Shown: positions 26,696 to 35,624 of the stretch, in pieces
How positions within the stretch are numbered: the stretch's first letter is position 1
Layout of the letters: each line of letters starts with the position of its first letter
From: Synechococcales cyanobacterium VAR_4_metabat_354
GTDB lineage: Bacteria > Cyanobacteriota > Cyanobacteriia > Cyanobacteriales > Chamaesiphonaceae
NCBI GenBank assembly: GCA_031414775.1
Contig: JANOQI010000064.1
Span: 1-35,752, forward strand
Length of the DNA: 35,752 bases
Direction of reading: 5' to 3'
Translations under genes and position numbers: made by a program
Notes under the pieces: generated by a model
What the model was told of the DNA's origin: nothing
Database searches by the model: none
The model's input: only the letters and a program-made list of their open reading frames with translations

Positions 26696-27814
26696 ATGAA
26701 AAATTTACAATACTCTCATCGCTTAATATCTAAAACTGCCCAAATTGCCCTCCAGTGGGGCTTAGGCTTATTGATAACTTTATCTTTGGCTCTACCCAGT
26801 CAGGCCCATTGGGCGGATTTGGCGGTGGCCGATATCCAAATCGAGAAACAAGATGTCAGTCTTAATTTGACGGTGCCCACTGGGTTGATCGCACAGTTTG
26901 ATGACGACCTCGATCGACAATTATCCGACCCGGAAATCATTAAGCATCAAAAAGATCTCCAACAATTTTTCAATGACAAAATTCAGCTCACCGCCGCCAG
27001 ACAAAAAAATGACACCTTAACAATCAAGTCTACAGTAGCTAAAAAGTTGCCATCTAATTTGATCGCTACGCCCGATACTCATAGCAACTTATTATTGCAA
27101 TATCATTGGGCACAGCCCATTGAGCAGTTGCAAATTCATTACGACTTATTTGTACCAGGAGTAGCTACAGCCCGTTGTCTAGCTCAGGTATTTCGAGATG
27201 GTCAAGTTAATAATCTAGTCTTTACCCCTGGATCTAAAAATGCGGCGCTCATTGATAGTCCGATCGAACAACAAATTACTAGCTTCATTGGCCTGGGCAT
27301 CGAGCATATATGGACGGGTTACGACCATATTCTGTTTTTAATTAGTCTCTTGATGTTGGGTGGAGAGCTGCGATCTTTGCTCAAAATAGTAACGGCCTTT
27401 AGCGTCTCGCACTCCTTCACCCTCTTTTTGGCCGCCTTAAATATTGTTTCCGTCCCCAGTCGCTGGGTAGAAATTGCCATCGCCCTGTCGATCGCCTATA
27501 TCGCCGCCGAAAATCTGTGGCAAAAAGAGCCGCAAGCCAGATGGCAACTAGCTTTTGGCTTTGGTCTGATCCATGGATTAGGATTTTCGACCGCTTTACA
27601 AGAGCTAGACCTACCTCAGACTAATTTGGTAACTTCTCTGGCTAGCTTTAGTGTGGGGATAGAATTAGGACAATTTGCGATTGTGCTGATGGTCTATTTC
27701 TTACTGTCCTACCTCCAGAAATTCTCCTGGGATTTAACTATCCGTCGCTTCATTTCAGGGGGGGTCATCGTCATGAGTTTAATTTGGTTTTGGGAGCGAG
27801 CTTTTATTGGTTAG
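26696..27814 (+). CDS. HupE/UreJ family membrane protein with N-terminal soluble domain
   Basis: GIEHIWTGYDHILF, TAFSVSHS.TL, VE..IALSI, FGLIHGLGF, GIELGQ. Confidence 0.9.
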   Translation: MKNLQYSHRLISKTAQIALQWGLGLLITLSLALPSQAHWADLAVADIQIEKQDVSLNLTVPTGLIAQFDDDLDRQLSDPEIIKHQKDLQQFFNDKIQLTAARQKNDTLTIKSTVAKKLPSNLIATPDTHSNLLLQYHWAQPIEQLQIHYDLFVPGVATARCLAQVFRDGQVNNLVFTPGSKNAALIDSPIEQQITSFIGLGIEHIWTGYDHILFLISLLMLGGELRSLLKIVTAFSVSHSFTLFLAALNIVSVPSRWVEIAIALSIAYIAAENLWQKEPQARWQLAFGFGLIHGLGFSTALQELDLPQTNLVTSLASFSVGIELGQFAIVLMVYFLLSYLQKFSWDLTIRRFISGGVIVMSLIWFWERAFIG

Positions 27815-27878
27815 AGATTTAGTACTGGCTGTTGCTAAAATGCCCTTAAACCCCCATTTCGCAAACATATTGACCCCT

Positions 27879-29144
27879 ATGAATCCCTGGCAAATTCTGC
27901 TGGCTACCATTCCTCTGCTGCTGACTATTATCGTACTGTCCTTCACTATTTGGAGTGTGATTCCGGCTCCGAATATGACTTTGTTACCCCTGAGTGTCGG
28001 TGCCCCAGAACTGAGTATTTGGCTATTGGGCGGTAGTGCGATCGGACTCGCTAGCCAGACAATTTTTCGTCATAAGCTATTTCCCAAAACCCTGTGCTGG
28101 GTGGGCATCGGATTAAGCATCGTTAGCTTGATTCTCAGTATTCGTCCTTTTTTGCAAATGCCAGCGACGATCGATCGAGCTAATACGGCTATGACTAAAG
28201 CTTTAGGACATAATTATTTAGCCGACATCCCTGCCGCCGTGCAGTCAACCTGGCGATCGCACCCTTTTAGCCTCGCCGCCGCCTTGCAAGGAATTGACCG
28301 ATCCGGCAAAATTCGGATCCAGCGCCATGTACCATTTGCAAAACCAGCTGGCACCCCGCTAACGCTCAATTTGTACCAACCTCAGCTTCCTGGTAAATAT
28401 CCCACCGTAATCCAAATTTATGGTGGGGCTTGGCGAAATGGCAGCCCGGATAGTAACGAAGAGTTTAGCCGCTATCTAGCTAGTCGCGGTTACGTGGTGG
28501 TATCGATCGACTATCGCCATGCCCCTCAACATCATTTCCCTGCTCAGTTGATTGATGTCCGCACCGCCCTAGATTACATACAGCAGCAGGCCACCAACTG
28601 GGAAATAGATCTAGATCGGTTGGCGATCATAGGTCGATCATCCGGTGGACACTTGGCAACTTTAGCTGCCTTACAGCCGGATGTCTTACCCCTAAAAGCA
28701 GTGGTCAGCTACTATGGGCCAGTAGATTTAATCGCCGGATACGATGATCCACCGCAGCCCGATCCGATCGACTCTCGCCACGTATTGCGTGATTTTCTGG
28801 GTGGCACGCCCACAGAGTTTCCAGCACGATATCGGCAAGCTTCGCCTTATCAGCTCGTAGATGCTCCTAAACAAATACTGCCACCAACCCTATTGATCTA
28901 CGGTGGCCAAGACCACTTAGTGGAAGCCCGTTTTGGCCAGAAAATGGCCAGAAAACTGCAATCTGTTGGCACCCAGACTGTCTACATCGAAATCCCCTGG
29001 GCAAATCACGCCTTCGATGCCATTTTCAACGGTCCCAGTAATCAGCTGGCACTCTATTACACCGAGCGCTTTCTGGCCCATTCCTTACAACTAGAGGCTA
29101 AAATCGGGGTGGAGAGAAATACCCATACCACCAGCCACCTGTGA
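27879..29144 (+). CDS. Membrane-anchored alpha/beta hydrolase (esterase/lipase)
   Basis: YGGAW oxyanion motif, GRSSGG nucleophile, D-H triad residues, N-terminal TM helices. Confidence 0.9.
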   Translation: MNPWQILLATIPLLLTIIVLSFTIWSVIPAPNMTLLPLSVGAPELSIWLLGGSAIGLASQTIFRHKLFPKTLCWVGIGLSIVSLILSIRPFLQMPATIDRANTAMTKALGHNYLADIPAAVQSTWRSHPFSLAAALQGIDRSGKIRIQRHVPFAKPAGTPLTLNLYQPQLPGKYPTVIQIYGGAWRNGSPDSNEEFSRYLASRGYVVVSIDYRHAPQHHFPAQLIDVRTALDYIQQQATNWEIDLDRLAIIGRSSGGHLATLAALQPDVLPLKAVVSYYGPVDLIAGYDDPPQPDPIDSRHVLRDFLGGTPTEFPARYRQASPYQLVDAPKQILPPTLLIYGGQDHLVEARFGQKMARKLQSVGTQTVYIEIPWANHAFDAIFNGPSNQLALYYTERFLAHSLQLEAKIGVERNTHTTSHL

Positions 29145-31021
29145 CCAATCAACTACTCAACGATCGCTACCAAATCATCCGCACCTTGGGAGCTGGGGGC
29201 TTTGGTGAAACCTTCTTGGCCGAAGATACTCACATGCCCTCCCGCCGCCACTGCGTGGTAAAACGACTACGGCCAGTGCAGGACAATCCGCAAATTAACC
29301 AGCTGGTGCAGGAAAGATTCCAGCGGGAAGCGGCTATTTTAGAAAAGTTGGGCAACGAGCATCGCCAAATCCCGCAGCTATATGCCTATTTTTATGGGCA
29401 AACCGATCAGCAATTTTATTTGGTACAAGAATGGATTGATGGTGACACGCTCAGTTCGATCGCTCAACAACAAGGTCGGTTAGCCGAAGCTGAAGTCCGA
29501 CGGCTATTAATTGCTATTCTGCCAGTTTTTGACTTTGTGCATCGCCAAGCAATTATTCATCGCGATGTCAAACCCGACAACATCATTGTCCGCCGTCTCG
29601 ATCAACAGCCCGTCTTAATTGATTTTGGGGCGGTGCGCGAAACCATGGGTACGGCCTTGAATTCCCAAGGTCGCCCCACCCAATCGATTATCATTGGCAC
29701 TCCTGGTTATATGGCTAGCGAGCAGTCCGTGGGTAGACCAGTTTACAGTAGTGATCTCTACAGCCTGGGTTTAACAGCAGTTTATCTTTTAACTGGTAAA
29801 CAGCCCTCCGAATTTATGGCTCATCCCCATACCAGTGAGATTTTATGGCGATCGGATGCACCCCTGATCAGTCCAGAATTAGCCGCTATTTTAGATAAAG
29901 CTATTGCCTCTCATCCGCGCGATCGATATCAAACAGCCCCAGAATTTTTGTCAGCACTACAAGGTAATCCAACCACAGTTATAGAAAACAAAACCTGGGT
30001 AGTCAGTCAACCAATTGTCTCCCCCATTCCGACCGAAAATTATCCAGAAGCTAGTCGATCAACAACCACCAACTCCCGCTCCCGCCTACTACTCATGGGC
30101 AGCATCGCTGCTGGTATTTTAGTGGGCGGCGGCGTGATGGCCACTCTTTTTCAGCCAACCCGAACGCCAGTAGTGACTCCACTGGCCGTAACTCAACCAA
30201 ATGTCCAGCCAGAAGCCACTACGCCCAGTAGTCCTAGTTTGGTCGCGCGCCCACCAAGTAAAGAAGTTAATTTATCGACCACTAATCAGCAACAGCGCCA
30301 GCCATCCCTAGCCAGCATTCAGCCCCCCAATAACCCAGCCATCTACCCAAAACCAACAGCAACATCAGCTTGTAGCTACTTCACTGGCAATGCGATCGAA
30401 GGTCAACCAATAAATATAGACTTATGTTCGATCAGTAATACCAACAATTCTGAAAAAATCAGTTTTACGTACAGCCTAGGTAATCAGCGCCTCAAAAGCA
30501 CTGCTAATTGCACCCAAAGTAACTGGATCACACTCGCCGATCAGCAAGTTCATCGTCCGCTCTCCGCCGCCACCCAAAAAATGCTCGATCGGGTTTGTAA
30601 TAATCGACAGCCCAATAATCCTGGATCGGGAGTAACTCAACCAGCCAAAAGCCCTGAAATAGTTAAAGTTTCTCCACCTTCACCAGCGATAGCGCCAGCT
30701 GCCAGCGTCGCTAAGTACTATCAAAATATTAACAATCGGGACTTTGCCAAAGCTTGGCAGCAACTACCGATCGATCTGCAATCAAACACAACGATCCATC
30801 CCCAGGGCTATGATTCTTTTGTACAATGGTGGGATTCGGTAACAGCTGTTGATTTGAATGCGATGCAAACAACTCAACAAACAAATCAGCAAGCTGAGGT
30901 GCAAATAAGCGCCACCTATCACATGAAAAACAACCGATTACAGCCGTTTATCCTCCGTTATATCTTGGTGTGGAATGAGACCAACCAGGAATGGCTGATT
31001 GAAAAGATCCGACGTCGTTAG
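29141..31021 (+). CDS. Ser/Thr protein kinase with TM helix and extracytoplasmic domains
   Basis: LGAGGFG, VVK, HRDVKPDN, DFG, GTPGY, SDLYSLG; central TM helix. Confidence 0.95.
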   Translation: MTNQLLNDRYQIIRTLGAGGFGETFLAEDTHMPSRRHCVVKRLRPVQDNPQINQLVQERFQREAAILEKLGNEHRQIPQLYAYFYGQTDQQFYLVQEWIDGDTLSSIAQQQGRLAEAEVRRLLIAILPVFDFVHRQAIIHRDVKPDNIIVRRLDQQPVLIDFGAVRETMGTALNSQGRPTQSIIIGTPGYMASEQSVGRPVYSSDLYSLGLTAVYLLTGKQPSEFMAHPHTSEILWRSDAPLISPELAAILDKAIASHPRDRYQTAPEFLSALQGNPTTVIENKTWVVSQPIVSPIPTENYPEASRSTTTNSRSRLLLMGSIAAGILVGGGVMATLFQPTRTPVVTPLAVTQPNVQPEATTPSSPSLVARPPSKEVNLSTTNQQQRQPSLASIQPPNNPAIYPKPTATSACSYFTGNAIEGQPINIDLCSISNTNNSEKISFTYSLGNQRLKSTANCTQSNWITLADQQVHRPLSAATQKMLDRVCNNRQPNNPGSGVTQPAKSPEIVKVSPPSPAIAPAASVAKYYQNINNRDFAKAWQQLPIDLQSNTTIHPQGYDSFVQWWDSVTAVDLNAMQTTQQTNQQAEVQISATYHMKNNRLQPFILRYILVWNETNQEWLIEKIRRR

Positions 31022-31322
31022 TGTTAACATTTTTACCAATAAATGTTACTTATGTACCAAATAATGATAAAACTGGCCAGGATGGCACGTTTAGCTCTTA
31101 GTTAAAAAATTATATTATTTGACTAAACTAACATTTAGGTAAAGTTTTGCTTATCTAACTATATCCTAAAATTTGTCAGTTTGTCGGCCGTTTTCACAAC
31201 CATCCATAACATTGATTAAAAAAAATCGGTGGTAGAGCGACTTGCCTAATTTCAGCAATTTTTTCTAGAAAGTTTTGGCTATATCTAAATTTTAATCAGT
31301 AATGTGGGAAGCCTAAAGAAAT

Positions 31323-31931
31323 ATGACTATTGAGGCGTTGAGCATGAAACTAATTGAGCGTAGCTCCCAGCGACTAACCTTGCAAGACCGCAACCTTCCC
31401 CACCTGGCTAGGACTTGTGGTGTAGTATGTTTGTCGGCTGGTGTGTCACTCATTACTTTAGCCCAGCCCATTCTCCAGTTACTCCATCCCGACGCGGCTC
31501 CATTGCCTCCGTCAATTGTTTACTATGTTGCTGCGGCTTTAATGGCGCTAGGTGCTTGGACAATTGCTACAGCTACCATCACTAAGGTTTCATTCGATCG
31601 ACATCATAGTCGCCTCCAGATTGTCTGGCACCGCTTTTTGAAAGATGCGAAATACACCTGCAGCCTTCATGAAATTGTTGATGTCAAGCTAGAAAAATTT
31701 GTTAAAAGCTACAACATGCCTCAAAATATTGAAAATTACTACAATTTCAATCGCGAAGTACTGCCCCAGGAATATGTAGTATGGCGACTGAATCTCATTC
31801 TCGCTTCTGGACATTCTCTACCCCTCACCCAGCAATTCAACTCTGATACCCAGAATGGTGAAGATATTGAAAAGCTATTTAGCTATATCAAAGAATTTTT
31901 ATCTGCTCAGACCCGTTTTAGCGCCACCTAA
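31323..31931 (+). CDS. Hypothetical two-TM membrane protein
   Basis: Two hydrophobic segments followed by a soluble domain. Confidence 0.7.
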   Translation: MTIEALSMKLIERSSQRLTLQDRNLPHLARTCGVVCLSAGVSLITLAQPILQLLHPDAAPLPPSIVYYVAAALMALGAWTIATATITKVSFDRHHSRLQIVWHRFLKDAKYTCSLHEIVDVKLEKFVKSYNMPQNIENYYNFNREVLPQEYVVWRLNLILASGHSLPLTQQFNSDTQNGEDIEKLFSYIKEFLSAQTRFSAT

Positions 31932-31983
31932 TCGATTGAGATGGGTAGAATCTCCGTCAAAACCAGTAGATTTCGGATACCGC

Positions 31984-32024
31984 AAAAAATACGACCCAAC
32001 TACCAAAGTTTGGTCGTATTTTTT
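31984..32024. terminator. Bidirectional terminator-like hairpin
   Basis: AAAAAATACGACCCAAC-TACCAAA-GTTTGGTCGTATTTTTT between convergent genes. Confidence 0.7.
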
Positions 32025-32045
32025 ATGGGTGGAAGTTAGTTGAAT

Positions 32046-32432
32046 TTAACGGCAAGCTCTCCGATATTCAGCTCTTTTTTGGCGTAATTCTCTTTCGATC
32101 CAACGTAGTCTTTCAGGGTTGTAATTATGTCTGCGCAAAATTCGTTCCCGAGTTCTTTCTAAAGAATAAATTGATTCTCTTAATTCTCGGCACAGGCGGC
32201 GGTTATTCCTAACTTGATAAAAACCATCATCTCGGCGATGAATTTCTCTTTGATTATAAATAGAACCTCGAACATGATCATTGTGGTCATAGCCCCGGAC
32301 ATCTTCATGACCACGATGACGTTCTTCGGCGCTAGCGCTAGGCACAGCAACCATACCAGTCAAAGTTGCAATTGATAAACAACCAAGAACAGCTAGCTTG
32401 ATTTTAGAAAAAGTTATAGACATGATGAACAT
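32046..32432 (-). CDS. Hypothetical secreted Arg/His-rich protein
   Basis: Signal peptide (PSASA|), charged helical C-terminus with two Cys. Confidence 0.65.
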   Translation of the reverse strand: MFIMSITFSKIKLAVLGCLSIATLTGMVAVPSASAEERHRGHEDVRGYDHNDHVRGSIYNQREIHRRDDGFYQVRNNRRLCRELRESIYSLERTRERILRRHNYNPERLRWIERELRQKRAEYRRACR

Positions 32433-32738
32433 TCCTTTAGTAATTTTTTAATTGAGAATCACTTGGAATAAATCTCAATTTTGTTTTTTAAAACACTCGT
32501 TGTGTTTCATATATCTAATAGAGCAATGTGCTATCAAGTTGTTCCCTATTTTACAGAATAAAATACAAACTAATATTAAGGTCGATCTCAGTGAAAATTA
32601 ACTAGCTTATTGCTCTTTAAGATCTAATTTATTGGTGTAGCTAGCTACTAGTCTCTACCACTAGCCGTACGACATTTACATATAGCCCTAAAATAGACAA
32701 ATATTGATCACTAACATCAAGGGAGACATCAAGTCACA

Positions 32739-33050
32739 ATGCTAGCAGCCTATCGTACTCATGCCGCTGAACGTGCCGCCGTCGGAATTCCACCGTTACC
32801 ATTGGATGCCTCCCAAACCCAAGAATTGTGCGATCTTCTCCAACAGCCTCCCGCCGGTGAAGCCGATAATTTACTGGCTCTGATTCGCGATCGAGTACCA
32901 CCTGGAGTAGATCCAGCTGCTTATGTCAAAGCTGGCTTCCTGACTAGTATCGTCACAGGTAAAGTTACTAGTCCGCTGATTAATCCGATCAAGTCTATTT
33001 CTTTGTTCGGAACTATGTTGGGCGGTTATAACGTTCGATCCTCAATCTAA
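32739..33050 (+). pseudogene. acnB: Truncated 5' copy of aconitase B (103 codons)
   Basis: YR.H.AERA..GIPPLPLD, RVPPGVDPAAYVKA.FL, GTMLGGYNV, then stop; AcnB is normally over 800 aa. Confidence 0.9.
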
Positions 33051-33059
33051 AAATTCCAA

Positions 33060-33377
33060 TTAAGATTGGCGATTTTTCCAGTAATTTGGTTCGCGACTAC
33101 AGTGCATCACGGCTAGGATAAGAAAGTAGTCTTCTTCGATCGTGTAGAGAACTGCATAAGGAAATTTACGCACCATACATCGGCGCACGTTTTCGTCAAT
33201 CTTAGGATAGCGAGTAGAAGATTCTCGAATTCGGTAAACTGCATCCTCGATTCGGCAGAGCCGACGCTACGCGATCGAATTAATAAAAGCTTGAGCAACA
33301 TTGCTATTTTGAGTTGCATAGTATTTGACTGCTTCAGCATACTCGGCTAGCGAGTCTGGATGAAATACATATTTCAT
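33060..33377 (-). pseudogene. RelE/ParE-family toxin interrupted by an in-frame stop
   Basis: Manual translation MKYVFHPDSLAEYAEAVKYY...FINSI[A*RRLCRI]EDAVYRIRE...RRCMVRKFPYAVLY...ILAVMHCSREPNYWKNRQS*; ATGA overlap with the antitoxin. Confidence 0.9.
33248..33275. repeat. Small dispersed repeat-like insertion (20 bp plus 4-bp CGAT duplication) at a CGATCG site
   Basis: CGAT-TCGGCAGAGCCGA-CGCTACG-CGAT-CG; removing 24 bp restores an open toxin frame. Confidence 0.8.
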
Positions 33378-33604
33378 AGATCGATCGAGTTTCTAACCTG
33401 CGCTAGTGCGTCATCGCCAGAAATAACCCGCACAGTTCCATCCCGCACTTCATCTCGACGTTTCTTTGCTTCCGAACTCCAAGCCGATTGAATACTGGTA
33501 TCGATGTCAAATTCTAGGCTCTCAATTAACTTGTCTGCGAGGATTGCTCTGGATGCACTTGGCAAGGATAATATTTCTGCTGTCAATCGATCGAGTGATA
33601 TCAT
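33374..33604 (-). CDS. Addiction-module antitoxin
   Basis: EILSLP...RA.LA..LIESL...I..AW..EA.KR..E...G.V..I. Confidence 0.88.
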   Translation of the reverse strand: MISLDRLTAEILSLPSASRAILADKLIESLEFDIDTSIQSAWSSEAKKRRDEVRDGTVRVISGDDALAQVRNSIDL

Positions 33605-33663
33605 GCTTGTGTTCTCAGGTGTTAACCGTCCCTCTATTCTAACAAAATCCTTCCGCAGCGACT
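33591..33663 (-). repeat. Leader repeat copy 1 (promoter, RBS region and first codons)
   Basis: 60/73 ungapped identity to 34550-34622 by manual count; contains TAGAAT on the minus strand. Confidence 0.85.
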
Positions 33664-33782
33664 CGGTTGTTTCTAACGATCTGCTAAAGTTAATGAATGA
33701 TGCGATCGCTAATATTCAAAGTCGCATTCCTGCGTTAGAGCGGAGTCTAGAAGAAATTAAACTAGATTGGAGATTGAAATGA
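33664..33782 (+). pseudogene. 3' fragment of a hypothetical gene
   Basis: ...LLKLMNDAIANIQSRIPALERSLEEIKLDWRLK*, ATGA-coupled to the next ORF; upstream is the unrelated leader repeat. Confidence 0.4.
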
Positions 33783-33967
33783 ATTTTATCCCTACTATCC
33801 CAGATCCAGAAAAGATTAAGCAAACTTTAGCCAGAGCGCATCGAAATTGTCAGGAAATGGAGTTGGCAGGTATTCAACTAGAAGAAGTGATTGCCAACCT
33901 CGATCGAGAGATTTTGACTCAGCGAAAACAACGATTAGGAAAAGTATTAGAGCAAGGACAAAATTAG
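33779..33967 (+). CDS. Small coiled-coil hypothetical protein
   Basis: ATG at 33779 with GGAGA upstream; helical composition. Confidence 0.55.
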   Translation: MNFIPTIPDPEKIKQTLARAHRNCQEMELAGIQLEEVIANLDREILTQRKQRLGKVLEQGQN

Positions 33968-34038
33968 CACGATCGAACACTCTCATTTTAGCTTGGGGAG
34001 AAATCAGAGCTGTTTTTGTCGAAAGATAGTGCGATCGC

Positions 34039-34248
34039 TTAAACCCATTCCAGAGAAAGCTTGCGCTCAGTCCGCACACAATCTTGAAGATAAAGATTAA
34101 TTAGATTTTGATAGGGAATTCCTGTTTGCTCGGACAACTTTTGAAAATAGTCCACGACATTTTCTTCCAGATTAATGCTCACCTGTTTTTTTAACTTCTT
34201 CAGGTAAGGGTTAGGAACGGATTGTGAAAAGTCATATTCATCTCTCAT
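34039..34248 (-). CDS. BrnA-type antitoxin
   Basis: MRDEYDFS...NPY...KKQVSI.L...V.YF......GIPYQ.LINLYL. Confidence 0.9.
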   Translation of the reverse strand: MRDEYDFSQSVPNPYLKKLKKQVSINLEENVVDYFQKLSEQTGIPYQNLINLYLQDCVRTERKLSLEWV

Positions 34249-34538
34249 GTCAAATAACCTTTGTATTCTTTTTGTTCTGTTTTTGTTGCTCTACGGGCGG
34301 AAATAATCCGAATAGACTCATCATTCTCCCGATACACATGACACACTACTATCAATTTAAAAGATTCACTCATCCCTAATAGAATATGGCGATCTTCATC
34401 CTGTGAGTGGTCTGGATCGTAAGAAATACGCGCATTTGGATCGTAGAAGGCAGTTTCAGCTTCTTTAAATGATATGCCATGCTTCCGATCGTTTATCTGA
34501 GCCTTTTGCGTGTCCCAGTCAAAGGTTATCTCATCCAT
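34245..34538 (-). CDS. BrnT-family toxin (DUF497)
   Basis: FDWD..KA..N..KHGISF.EA, DPDHS..EDR..LLG, IRIISARRAT. Confidence 0.93.
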   Translation of the reverse strand: MDEITFDWDTQKAQINDRKHGISFKEAETAFYDPNARISYDPDHSQDEDRHILLGMSESFKLIVVCHVYRENDESIRIISARRATKTEQKEYKGYLT

Positions 34539-34549
34539 ATCGATCGAGG

Positions 34550-34622
34550 TCGAGTGATATCATACTAATTTTCCCAGGTTTCAACCATCCTTCTATTCTA
34601 GCAAACTCCTTCCGTAGCAACT
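34550..34622 (-). repeat. Leader repeat copy 2
   Basis: Matches 33591-33663 (60/73). Confidence 0.85.
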
Positions 34623-34767
34623 TTCATCTCGACGATCGATCCTCTTGCTCCAGAGGCTACACCAACGAATCAATCCTTACCAGAAAGACAATAAAATCAC
34701 GATCGATCGAATATTTATCATTATTTCCCATAAAAACGAAATATTGATCGTTTTATGGCTTTAGTTG

Positions 34768-35493
34768 CTACCACGGCACGGGATTGCGAGAATTGAAAAA
34801 ACCTCCTGTGAAACCGTCCTCAGATAATGTTGCTAACCACACAGGTGTATCCGCTCCTTCTTCAACAGAATGAGTTGCCGCTTCTGTACCCATTTCTGTA
34901 CGACACCAATCAGGATCGGCAGAGTTGACTTTGATATTTGTGTGCTTCAGTTCTGCTGCTAGCATGACTGTGAATGAATTAAGGGCAGTTTTAGATGAGT
35001 TGTATGCCAAGGTCTTCGCATAGTGACAGATAGGGTCGCTATGCTGTGTGAGTGAGCCACGTCCGCTACTCATATTCACAATTCGACCTCCCTCACTTTT
35101 ATGAATCAGTGGTAGCAATGCTTGAGTGATTGCAATAACACCAAAAAAGTTTGTCTCAAATGTTTTTATGATAATATTCAAACTAACTTCGCTAGACTGT
35201 TGCCCTGAATCAAGACAGATACCAGCATTATTAATCAAAATATCTAACTTGCCATACTTCTTGTCTAAGTAGCCACGAATAGACTCAATGCTTTCAGTAT
35301 CAGTCACATCTAAGCACTGAAACTCCACATCAAACCCAGCTTGCAGTAATTGATTTGCAGCAACTTTTCCTTTAGTTGCATCTCGAACTCCCATCACAAC
35401 TATGATACCTTGTCGAGCTAATTGACGACTGATTTCAAAACCAAGCCCCTTGTTAGCTCCAGTAATCAGTGCAATCTTCTGACTCGAATTCAT
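34768..35493 (-). CDS. SDR-family oxidoreductase (carbonyl reductase-like)
   Basis: TGANKGLG, LDILINNAG, YNSSK catalytic motif. Confidence 0.95.
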   Translation of the reverse strand: MNSSQKIALITGANKGLGFEISRQLARQGIIVVMGVRDATKGKVAANQLLQAGFDVEFQCLDVTDTESIESIRGYLDKKYGKLDILINNAGICLDSGQQSSEVSLNIIIKTFETNFFGVIAITQALLPLIHKSEGGRIVNMSSGRGSLTQHSDPICHYAKTLAYNSSKTALNSFTVMLAAELKHTNIKVNSADPDWCRTEMGTEAATHSVEEGADTPVWLATLSEDGFTGGFFNSRNPVPW

Positions 35494-35624
35494 AAGTGCT
35501 TTTCAAACGCGAATAATTACCAAGAACTTTCAATGAGGCTAGATACATACAGAATTTAGGCTCATTCTGTATTTAGACTAAATAACTTAAAATAGAACAA
35601 CCTAGATACAGAAGCTAAATCCAG

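Noticed and set aside
31023..31036. GTTAACATTTTTAC as an NtcA site
   Set aside because: Only a relaxed GT-N10-AC match, right after a stop codon, with no nitrogen gene nearby.
33113..33340. 75-aa minus-strand ORF
   Set aside because: Alternative frame over the interrupted ParE toxin gene.
33504..33663. 5' part of the 92-aa plus-strand ORF, and its similarity to ORF 34469-34747
   Set aside because: The similarity is only the antisense reading of the duplicated leader repeat.
33051..35624. Classical integron or prophage explanation for the island
   Set aside because: No integrase, attC-like sites or phage genes are visible in the window.
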